Positions 49,685 to 60,223 of a DNA stretch of 64,000 nt are shown piece after piece. The DNA is from Lama guanicoe. Its lineage: Eukaryota. The stretch covers positions 3,871,567-3,935,566 of the forward strand of contig MU053629.1 in NCBI GenBank assembly GCA_013239625.1, in the 5' to 3' direction. Position 1 is the stretch's first letter. Each line of letters opens with the position of its first letter. The notes beneath the pieces were generated by a model. That model was given only the letters and a program-made list of their open reading frames with translations. It was not told the origin of the DNA and did not search any database. Both the position numbers and the translations under genes were made by a program.

Positions 49685-52138
49685 ATCTACTCACCTCCCA
49701 GGATTGCTCTGTGTTAAATGAGATGGGGGTGTGTGGATGGACAGCACCCAAGAGTAGCTGGATTCCCACACGATGACTGGAGGCGAGGCCTCAGTCATGG
49801 CAGGATCATCACTTAGCAGAGCTCTGCTAGTGTTTGCTGGGCCCACGCGTGCCAGGTGTGTGCTGCTTGCTAAGGGAGACACGACTGATAATTTAACCTC
49901 CTGCCCCAAGAGCCCCTTCAAGCTTCCCTGTGATTCGGGGAAGGCACTCCTCCCTCCCCGTATCCACACAGGTCCCTGTGGCTGCAAACAGCCATCCGGA
50001 GCCTTCTAGAAGGCACTTGGGTCTTGCCATCGGTGGGGCTGAGCCCACATGTCTCCCCGGAGCCCCTTGTCTTTCCTGGAAGACACTAAGGATTATGGGT
50101 TGGATTGTGGCACATAAACCTCATGCCCCTCTCAGCCTTGGGAACAGAAGCCCAAACAGAAAGCACAGCTGACAGTTGTAATGAACTCTCCTGCATTATT
50201 GCTGCGCTGACTTGAGTTGTGCAGTGTGTATCCAGACAGGGGCTAAAGAATTACTTTGAGAAATAGGAAGCCATTACTGAACTGGCAGCTGGCTTTCCCA
50301 AGACGCTTGGCAGGAGGCAGGGACAGTGGGAAGGAGTACCTTTGGCCTCAGCAGACGTGGATGAGTCCTGATCCTGCCTTCTGGTTAGCCCGGTGGGCAG
50401 TCACCCCGCCTCTCTGAGCTTTATGTTCCATAACCTGAAACGGGATCATTTATGAATGGGCTGGGAGAATTGGAAGATCCCCCACCCTCCACAGTTAGAA
50501 ACAGCATCGCAAGGTCACCTTGGATAGGGGTAGCGTCTCCTTCTTGGCTTGGGCTACAGGGGCGGTGGGAACCAAGCTTGGCCTCCTTTTGCTTTGGAAA
50601 CCGGTCTTGGTCTTGGACTTGAGGCTTGGGGCACTGTGGGGCTGTGTCTACCTGCCAGCCTGATGGGATGGGTGGACTGCCTGGCCCCCTCTCTTCTCCC
50701 CACCTTCGGCTCCAGATCAAACAAGCCACCCCTTTGCAGGCAGCTTGGAGCTTGGGCGTGGACGGTGTGTAGTAGCTTCAGCCGCGCACAGTAGCGCAGC
50801 CACGAACAGGGGACCGGTTCGCAAGGGTGAGCCGCTGCCAAGCCCTAGGTCATTTTGCAGCATTTTTGCAGGGAACGTTTAAATCTCATGTTACTGTGTC
50901 CTTTACAGCAAATATGAGTATTTATGCTCAATGATCTCTCCAGTCAATATTAGCCTTTTGCTTATTATAAAAGCCCTCCTGTTTGTTCCAGAAATGAGTA
51001 AGAGTGATCCAGGCAACCCTCCCTTTAAGAAAATCCAGTACGTAGGACTCTGCATTCACAAAAGAGGCGTGGATTATGTACCTTTGTGTTACAAAAGGTT
51101 ATTTTAAAGGGAAGGATTTAATGCAAGGATTACTTTTCAATTGAATGCCCCCAGCCCTGGGACCTTGATTTGGGGGAGTTTAATCCCAAAGTGCGTCTTG
51201 AATGTAAATAAGGCAGGTGTATTTGACTTGCAAAGCTCACGTGACACTGACTCGTTAGTAAATAACAACAGGCCGGTGCAAGACGAGGCTTATTTTTGAG
51301 AACTTTGCAAATAAGGAAAACGAGCTCCCCACCCCGTTTTTGGCTCTTCCCTATTCTGTTCACCTTCATAGACTTAGCAAGCCGGAGACATGAAACCCAC
51401 CCCCAGTGCCAGATGAGATGAGTCTGGGCTTTAGGCAATTTTTTTTTTTAAGCCACTGAAACAGGCCTGGCACGTAGCAAGCTCGTCTGGCATTCCACTG
51501 GCCGGGCTACATCCTGAGGGTCAGCCAGCAGGGATGCAGGATGCCACTTCTCCCTGTCGGTGTCCTGGCCTCTGAGCCTCAGTAGTGTCATCTGTTCCGT
51601 GGGAACAGTTCTGCTGCGTCTTTTTCACACGTGGGGAAAGCCCGATGATTTCCCAAGTGCCCTCCCAGCTCTCGAATATGAAATTCCATCCCAGTCCTGC
51701 TGTTGAGAGCACCATCGTCAGCCAGTGTGGTGCCGGGCCCTGGGGGAGGAGGGGCAGAGGTGAGTGACGCCTCATCCCAGGTCAGCCTGCTCGCAGGTGG
51801 GTGCGGTGGAGACACATGCCCTCCTGGTGACAGCATCAAAGAGTGTCACAGAGGAGGGGCCCTGTGAGTCAGACCCAGGCTTTTTAAAGGAGGTGACATC
51901 AGGGTCTTGACGGTTGGGTAAGGGTCTGACAGACTTTGGGGGATGAGGAAGGAAACGTGTATTCATCAAGTGCCAGTTACTGCTGTTAGGCCCCTTGTGA
52001 CCCCCACCCCCACCCCACCCACGCCTTCCAGTGAGTTACGCCGGCTTCATGGGTGTCCAGCCTGTGCCCCACCCAGGGCCCCCGCGCAGAAGGGGACTCC
52101 GCTCAATTTAATGCTCTTCTTTCACCATTGAAACCCTG

Positions 52139-52443
52139 AATAAGTTCACTTGTGTCTTTTTAAGATTCCCCATATAAGTGATATCATATGGTATCTGTCA
52201 TTCTTTTTCTGACTTACTTCACTTACTGTGATCATCTCTAAGGCCACCCTTGCAGAGACATGCTGCTATAGATAAAGTAGATAAGCAACAGGGGCCTACT
52301 TATAGCACAGGGGACTATATTCAATACCTTGTAAAGCCTATAATGAAAAAGCACATGAAAAGGTATATATATATATATATATATAAAACTGAATCACTGT
52401 GCTGTACACCAGAAACTAACACAACATTGTAAATTGATTATCC
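52139..52443. mobile_element. 5'-inverted L1 fragment (antisense about 52139-52249, sense about 52252-52443)
   Basis: Both parts match nearby segments of the uninverted L1 copy at 55088-55585, in opposite orientations; includes (TA)n at about 52364-52385. Confidence 0.8.
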
Positions 52444-52485
52444 TTTTTTTTTTTAATAGAGGTACTGGGGATTGAACCCAGGACC
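52444..52485 (-). mobile_element. 5'-truncated tRNA-Ala-derived SINE
   Basis: T tract followed by aatagaggtactggggattgaacccaggacc. Confidence 0.8.
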
Positions 52486-53129
52486 TTTTGAACAAGGGGC
52501 CCTGCATTTTGCACTGGGCACTTTGCACTGGGCACCCCCCAAATTAGGTAGCTGGTGCCAGCACTCAAGAGATAGAATCACCTGCCCACAGTAATCCAGC
52601 TGTTGGGATCTGTACCAGTTGACCTCTCTGCTGCCAGGGGTCTGAGAATTTTCTAGATCAAGAGGGAGTGGGATGGACAAAGTACATACAGAGTGGGGTG
52701 TTCAAGTCACAGGGAGCTACGGGATCCCAATAGCAGGCGGTGGTGAGGGCAAGGGTTTGAGGGGCCTGGGCTATGGGGGCCTCACCTGGTTACCCCCCAG
52801 GATATTTCTGCACCAGTGTGGGTTTCTTCCCGAGAGGTGATGAGACAGGCTGGTGGAGGGCAGTTGTAAGGTACTGGGTTTTTATGGCTTTACACTGTGT
52901 CCACGTAGAAAGTCTGAGGCAGGAGGTTTGCCAATAAAACTCAAATTGTATTTGGAAGTAAAAGAGAAATGGAGGTACCCCGAGTTCCCCCAGCTCTGGG
53001 AGCCTGCAGGGCAGGACGGTGCCCGCACGTGGGCTCCCTCGAAGCACCCCGCCAGCTGCCGCAGACCAGCTTCCCTGCCCCTCTGACGCATGCCTGGGCT
53101 GTCCCCGTCTGACCCCCAAAGGGCCGATT

Positions 53130-53600
53130 TTGTTCTCTGGGGTCTCAGATTCAACAGGGAAGTTGAATTGAATCAGCGAACTTTGGCACTTGAAGCCGAA
53201 GGTGAAAACCCGGGCTGAGACAGGAACCCCCGTGGAGCAGCCCCGGGGCCTGGTTCACACGTGAATTCAGTTCAGCCCTCAGCGGTGCAGACCTGCAGGC
53301 GGGGAGGATGTGGGGGGCCTCTTTCCTGGGGACCCAGGTACCCAGCTGCAAGATCTTGCACAAACAGCGTTGTTTTAGAATCTTTCCAGGGGCAGCATGA
53401 AAAGCCGAGCTTTCGCACCCCAGGGGGTCTCTGAGGACGAAAACAAACAAACTTAATTCAGAGCCTGACTTTGTGATAAAACAAAAGAGGACTTGGAATG
53501 GGAGCAAAGTTCAGAGTGTTTTGTTGCAGAAACTGGTTCCCTCTTGAAAATGCGGACTGATTTTATAAGCTGCTTATAAGCCAGCCCTCCCCTCCCCTCG
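53130..53600. promoter_or_regulatory. Candidate endodermal/hepatic-type enhancer
   Basis: GCAAAGTTCA and GAACTTTGG (HNF4-like), AAACAAACAAAC (FOX), TGATAA (GATA), palindrome TTATAAGC-T-GCTTATAA. Confidence 0.4.
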
Positions 53601-55087
53601 CAGACAGACACTTTTCACGGTCCTTCCCTCCAAGGGCACAGGGAACCAGAATTCTCCCACTCACACTCGGTTCCCTGCCAGAGATCTGAGTGGTTTCCCC
53701 GCCCTGCCTCCTTGAAGTTTCATCTTTTACGGTTGTTGGGGCTTCCTTTACGGGGGTCGGGCCGGGCTAGGCAAGGCACCCCAATGCCTCTGGGGTACAG
53801 TCTGAATGATCAGGGCCGGTGGAGATCAATGCAGTGGCCTCAGTGTGGCTCTCAGAAGCTGTAGCTGCCTGCAAGGTGTTTTTAAGAAGGGAGCTTGGAC
53901 TACAGGGCACTGAGGCCTGGGGAGAAAAGCCAGTGCCCCTGGGCCCAGGGGACCTGGAACAATCTTGCCGGGGCTGCAGGGCAAGAAAGATGCTGATGGA
54001 AGCGGGGGCCCTTGCCCACTGGAGGAGTACATCCTGGTAGGTGCTGGGGAAGCTGCCTGTCGGGGAGACCCTGAGCACACCTGCACATTAGGGCCCCGGT
54101 AAAAGTTTGTTTTATGTCAGGATTGCAAGAGGAGCTCATTTTTTCAGGACTGGTCTGAATCCTGCACGAGATACAAGGCTGGAAGCCTTACCCACCTCAG
54201 CCCGGGCCTCCACTTTGTTCCACTGGAGACGTGGGGCCAAGCAGGCCAGGGTCAGGGCGCCAAGGCCGAGAGAAAGTCCTTCCTGCCGGGCCCAGCAGGC
54301 CTCTCCCTGGAGAAGGTTGCTTATGACCCAGCTGGGCGGCCACTGACTCCTTATACTCCCCTCCCCATAAACCCCTCCGGGGTTGGGGCCCCCAGGGACT
54401 CCTCCGAAGAGCAGAGGGAGCAGATGAGGCAGCACGAAGGGCAGACGGAAAATGGCTCTGAGTCAGGCCATCCGGTGAGGATTCCCGCACTGCGTTGCTG
54501 TGTGGCCTCTCTGACTTGGGGTGTGTCCTCTGAGAATGGGGTTATTTAATTCTCCCTCCTGGACTTGGGACAGTGGAGATGCAGACCGGGTGAAGAGCAC
54601 CCAGCACCCAGCACCTCCCATCCTCTGGGGACTCAGCCAGGGTGAACAGCCCTATTCCAGGATCACCCTTCATTATTTGCAGGGCATTTAGAAAATACTG
54701 TGTGTTGTGGTGGTGGGAGTGCATGGGAGAAACTATATATATAAGTGTGTGCATTTTCAGGGCTGCATAGGGCCATAGGTAGCTGTTACAAGGCATGGTG
54801 TTTGAAAACCCACTGCCTTCCCTGAAGGTGGGCAGCGTGTGCTGGAGCAGTGATCCCCACATTGCCACATCCTAGGGCCCCTTTGAATGTCCAGCCTATA
54901 GGTTGCAACCCTGAGAGCGTAATGCAAAGTCCCTGTCTCTAGAGAGACGTGAACTTGACTCCCAGCTTTGCACCTCCCAGGTGAGGACTGTGGACACATT
55001 ACCTGACTCTCAGGCCTTAGCTCTCCTTAAATGGGAATCACCAAGAGGATTAACAGTTGAGATCGTGCATTTAAAGTGCTTTATACT

Positions 55088-55585
55088 AGCAACCTCAATA
55101 CCCATCAACAGATGATTGGATGAAGAAGTTGTGGTGTAGATATTTCTACAGTGGAATACTACTCAGCCATAAAAAAGAAACGAAGTCCTACCATTTGCAG
55201 CAACATGGTTGGACCTAGAGATTATCATACTAAATGAAGTAAGTCAAAGACAAATGTCATGTGACATCACTTATATGTCGGACCTAAAAAAATTATACAA
55301 ACAAATTTATTAACAAAACAGAAATAGACTCACAGACATAGATAACAAACTTAAGGTTACCAAAGGGCAAAGGGTAAGGAAGGGATAAATTAGGAATTTG
55401 AGATTAGCAGATACAAATTACAGTATATAAAATAGATAACAAGGTTGTACTGTAGCACAGAACTATATCCAATAACTTGTAATAATGAAAAAGAATATAT
55501 TTATATAACTGGATCAGTACACTGTAGACTGGAATCTGCCACAACATTGTAAATCAACTATACTTAAATAAAAAATTTAAAAATT
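55088..55585 (+). mobile_element. Lineage-specific L1 3' end (ORF2 tail and 3'UTR) inserted in a MIR
   Basis: gtggaatactactcagccataaaaaaga...ccatttgcagcaacatgg...acaacattgtaaatcaactatac; TSD aagtgctttatact / aagtgcttcatcct. Confidence 0.92.
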
Positions 55586-56615
55586 AAGTGCTTCATCCTC
55601 TGCCTGGAATTTGGTGAAGGTTCAGTAAGTGTTGGCTGGTATATCAATACGACTGGCTGGTTTATTTTATTAATATTACTACTAGTTCTACTAATATTCC
55701 TCTTAGTACAATTTCCCCTCAAGTCTCAGACTCTATTGGCACATTTTATCTTTGCAGATATAATTCTAATTCTGATATGAATGCGAATACTAACATGAAT
55801 ACCCTTATGAACTATACAGGCTGACTCAATCTATTAAATAATTTATACAAATAACAGAGATAAGACTGGATGATGATAATAATATTAGTTTTAAAAAAAC
55901 CCCAATAAGTGTTACTTAGTGCTTAGTTTTGAATTGGGCATTATTTGATGTACTTGAAATTACTCCCAACAGCTCGAGGCAGTAAGCTCTGACTGCATTT
56001 CCATTTTACAGATTAGGAGACTGAGGCCCAGGAGATTGAAGTCACTTGCCTAAGATTTCACAGCTGGCGACTGGCAGAGCTGACATGCACATGCAGGCAG
56101 CCAGCTTTGCTCTGGCCCACGCGCTTTCTTTCTCTTTTTTTCCTCCCATGCGCTTTCCTGATCCAGCCCCTTGCAGGAGAAACCCAACTGGTCCGAGCAG
56201 CCCTATTGCTAATTCCCCCGGTAACCTTGGCAAGTTACTTTACCTCTTTGGGCCTCAGTTTTTGCATCTGCAGAATCGTGACTTCTGGCCACATGGACTG
56301 CGCGTTTCCTGGCCTCCCTCCTCCCCTCGGTGTCATTCTTTCTTGGTATTCCCGCTTCTTAGGGGTAAGCCACCCCCCAAGCAGAGCGGCCGGTCAACTG
56401 TCCGGAGGGTGGTGGCAAAACACAGCCCTTGGCCCCAGAGACCAGCAGCTGAAAGGGCCCCTAGGTGGACCCAGTGCAGGCGGTGGCGGTGGCCAGACCG
56501 CCCGTGATGTAATGACCGATTAGGAACTTCCTCTTGGAAGCCTTCCTTCCTCTAGGGGCCAAAGGTGCTGGAGCTGAGGTGGGGGTGGGGAGGGGCGGGT
56601 GGGAGCGAATAAGAG

Positions 56616-56701
56616 GAAACTCCTGTCAGCTGGGCCCTGCTTTTGGAAAGAGTTCAGCAAAACTGATGTCAGCTGGGCCCTGCTTTTGGAAAGAGTTCAG
56701 C
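56616..56701. repeat. Two-copy 43-bp tandem duplication
   Basis: 35-bp core tgtcagctgggccctgcttttggaaagagttcagc is identical at 56624-56658 and 56667-56701; 40/43 identity overall. Confidence 0.97.
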
Positions 56702-58049
56702 GGAGAGGCTCGTTCTAAGCTGTTGACCATTAACATGGCCCTATGCACATTCCTTCTCTGCTTTTACTGCCGGAGCCCAGTGGATAAAGGGCTAGTCTCC
56801 CCCTCCCTTGACAAAGAAAAAAAAAAAAGGAGCCTCTAATTAATGCTGCATCTCTGGACTTGCTGCAAAACCTGAAGCCATTTCTGCAGCTTAAAATGAC
56901 AAAGGAAGGTTAAGTGGAAACTTCTTTTTCCCCCTTAAGTTTGATAACAAAAACTACTTATCTAATGGGCAAACAAGGCTTTTAAAGGGGTGTTAGGTTA
57001 ACCAGATGCAGGGCCACGTAATTACTCCCAGGCCTGGGAGCCGCAGATGAAAAAGCTGCCGGTTGGACGGGAACTTAAAGCCACAGGCATGACATGGGAC
57101 AGAAGAAAGGCGTTTTCCAGGAGGGCAGGAGGCCCCAGCGGGGCCCTGTGCGGAGGGGATCGGAAAAGCCAGCCCTCGGCCCCTCTCTGGCTCTGCCACC
57201 AACTTGCTGGGTGACCCTGGGCGAGTCACTTAACTTCTCTGGGCCTCTGAGTCTCCGAGTCTCCCTTCCCAGCTCTCAGTGGGGTCTGCTGCTGCTTCTT
57301 TGCTCTCTGAGGTGTGGCTGAGCCAGCCCTTTCCACCCAGCCCCAGGAGAGGCAGAGGCTGCTGTGGCCCAAGGCAGTGTGAAGCAGCAGCCAGAGCTTT
57401 GAACTTGGAGGAGTATGAGCGATCCAGCTCATGCAGACTCTGAGCCTTACATCGACCTTCCTTCAAGTCTAAGGGGTGGGAGACTTGAATTTGGGCACAT
57501 CTCTGGTTCGCCTCCCAGGATGGATGAGTCCAAGGCAGTCTGGCCCACTGGAAAGGGGGGAATCACAAAGAAAACAAGCTGCCTTGCGTGCACGCAGGCT
57601 TTGGGAGCGTGCAGCCCACGGGAGAGCACAAAGGAACGTTCCTGCCCTTTGTTTTGACAGAAAACTGCTGATTCGAAGAAGCTAAAGGCTTTTCTTAGGA
57701 TTTCAGCTCTCCCCGCCTCCCTCAGACTGCAGTTGGCCCCCTTGGTGCCCCAGCACCCCCACAAAATTACACGTTGGGCTCACAGCACCCTCCCTGGGCA
57801 GAGAGACCACGAGGAGGGAATGCCAGCCATTGGAGGGGCCGGCTCCAGTGCAGGGGAGAGGACCCACTGGCGGGCCAGCCGTCTCCTGCCCACCGCAGCC
57901 ATCCACCACCCTCTGGTGGCAGGAATGTGGGTGTCACCGGGAGGCCAGGCCAGGGTGGAAACACAGGGGCTGTCCCCTGCGCTGCCTCGGAGCGCTGCTG
58001 GGGCCACTCCAGGACAGCCACGGAGGGCTGGCCTCGCAGTGCACGTCCA

Positions 58050-58805
58050 ACTTTCTTCATTGTAATTCTTTCACGGCATCCTACCTACAATGAGACACAC
58101 ACAGCTCCCTAGTGACAACCCGGGTTCCTATGGTACCAGTCAAGATAACAGATGTTTCCAGCACCCCGGAAAGTTCCCTTATAAAAGCGCCTTCTCCATC
58201 ACCCCTGCTCCCCAGAGGAGTATCTCTGCTCTGATTTCTGTCACCATAGGTTAGTTTCGTCTACTCAAGAATTTCATATAAATGGAAACAAACAGCACAT
58301 TCTTTTTCGCTCAGTACAGTGCATCTGAGATTCACCCACATTGTTGTGTATGTCAGTAGTTTTCCTTTTATTGGTGAGTTGTGTTCTGCCGTATAGATGC
58401 ACTTTATTTTTGTTTATCCATTGTCAGTCTGGGCAACGATACCATAAATTGGGTGGCTTAAATAATGCATCTATTTCTCACAGTTCTGGAGGCTGGGAAG
58501 TCCAAGATCAAGGTGCCCCTGGAGTTGGTAGTGAGAGCCATTTCCTGGTTCATAGATGGCTGAGTTCTTGCTGTCTTCACGTGGGTGAGGGAGCTCTCTG
58601 GGGTCTCTTTTAAAGGGCACTGATCCCCATTCATGAGGGTTCTAGCCTCATGAACAATCACCTCCCAAAGATCCTACCTTCTGTCACACTGGGGGTTAGG
58701 ATTTCCAACATATGAATTTGGAGGGGCACAAACATTCAGTCCATAACATCCATCCTCCTGTTGATGGGCTTCTGAGCTGCTTTCCAAGTTAGGGTGATGA
58801 CAACA
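58050..58805 (-). mobile_element. Old L1 fragment interrupted by MLT1A
   Basis: tttccagcaccccggaaagttccc...gaatttcatataaatggaa...gagattcacccacattgttgtg; resumes at cctgttgatgggc. Confidence 0.75.
58422..58748 (-). mobile_element. MLT1A-type MaLR solo LTR
   Basis: TG...CA ends, tttctcacagttctggaggctgggaagtccaagatcaaggtg, acaaacattcagtccataaca; perfect 5-bp TSD tccat at 58417-58421 and 58749-58753. Confidence 0.92.
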
Positions 58806-58919
58806 TTCACGAAATCACAGAAACGTAGAACCCATTGTTCAGATGGGAAGACTGAGGCCAGGAGAAGGGAGCTAACCTGCCTGGTCAGGGCCAGGAGGCA
58901 GGACACCTGGCTGCAGGAC

Positions 58920-59210
58920 TCCTGAGCCGCGGCCTGGCGCTGCCCTGCCAGATCGACGACCCCAGCCATCGCGCCAGACCGCGCCCCTCCTCTCCTTCTC
59001 CCCCTCCCCCCGGAACCCTCCCCGCCGGGACCCAGAGTCTGGCTGGGAACTAGGCCAGGCTCTGAGCAGGGGGTAGTGAGCAGGAGTTTCGGTCAGAGCG
59101 CGGTCATCTTTGATGTTGTTCACTCGGGTCTGACTCCCTGGTATTTATTTGCAATTAAGGAGCTGGTTCCTAATTAGGCTGATGGCGGGACCGCAGCCTT
59201 GGAGCCACGA
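58920..59210. promoter_or_regulatory. CpG-rich candidate SMAD/TCF/homeodomain enhancer
   Basis: GCGCC-AGAC-C-GCGCC at 58971-58985, CTTTGATGT at 59108-59116, CCTAATTAGG at 59169-59178. Confidence 0.45.
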
Positions 59211-59411
59211 GAAGAAAAAGATCTTCTGCAAGAGACGGTTCCCTCGCACCCTGAGGGGCAGCCCAGGCTGCAGACGAGAGGCGTGGTGGGTGGAGTGGGG
59301 CTCTGCGTCTGTGGGAAGTGGAGGGGGGACCCTGGGTTTGGGGGCACCTGCCTTCTCGCTCCCAGAGAGCATGTCAGCTGGTGTTGAACATATGGCATAA
59401 GGTCTGAATAC

Positions 59412-59440
59412 GTGTGTGTGTGTGTGTGGTGTGTGTGTGA
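59412..59440. repeat. (GT)n microsatellite
   Basis: Seen directly, one interruption. Confidence 0.9.
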
Positions 59441-60001
59441 GTGAACAGAGTCCCAGGAGCACCCATCTTTGTTCCACACATTCAGTTACTCATTGCTTCA
59501 TCCCTCATTCCTTTTCTTACAGAGCACCTCTCTGCCCCTCAGGTACCACGCTGGGAGCTAAACCTTAACATGTGTAAAGTGCTTTACAGTTTACAAAGGG
59601 CATTGCTATCTACTGTCCTACGGTAACCGCCCATGGCGATGACCTTGGGTCATGACCCCCGAACACCCCTAAAGAGCCCTGGCCCCGGAAGGGTTAGGCC
59701 AGCGCTGGGACGAATAAACATCAACTTCTCTCTGCTCCCAACCGATCTGCTGCCGGAGTTGTCCATTTTACAAATGGGGAGACTGAGGCTTGGGGACATT
59801 GAGTGGCTCATTCATGGTCATACATCCAGTCAGTGGTGAGAGCTTAGGTCTGTCTCACTTGGAAAGCTTTTGGATCACGTGACATGCATTAGATTAGAAT
59901 TCCGGGGTCTTCAGTTCTGCCACCCAGTGCTGTGTGTCCTTAGGCGAGGTACCCTGGACCCCTGGGAGCCATCTTAGGGGCACAAGGACATTGGACTCAC
60001 T

Positions 60002-60223
60002 TGGTGGTTCCCACAGGCCAGTCTCGGGACTAAGTTGTCATTAGCCCACAGTGAAAGAAAGAAGAAAATTTCTTAAAATCTAAATGTATGAGCTTTAAAT
60101 TTCTGACTTAGGTCCTACGTCTTTTGTTAGTATCAGATTATACTTTCTTTTGTGTAGTGACAGGAGGCGGTCATGGGGTTTTTAGTAAATCTGTATGTGA
60201 CAAAATAAAACCGTGGTAACCCT
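60002..60223. mobile_element. Probable old hAT MITE (family uncertain)
   Basis: AT-rich block bounded by gtggttccca and tggtaaccctg, which resemble hAT TIRs. Confidence 0.35.

Larger units (their letters stand above)
52036..52560 (+). mobile_element. MER45A (hAT-Tip100) split by L1 and SINE insertions
   Basis: gccggcttcatgggtg...cagggccccc...tttaatgctct on the left; ttttgaacaaggggccctgcattttgcactgggc...aaattaggtagc on the right. Confidence 0.8.

Noticed and set aside
55620..55930. Very AT-rich stretch as possible foreign DNA
   Set aside because: Low-complexity sequence between two MIR ends next to an L1; no coding or structural signal.
56616..56701. Repeat-spacer-repeat resembling a mini CRISPR array
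   Set aside because: Two copies only, 8-nt gap that belongs to the tandem unit, mammalian intron, no cas genes.
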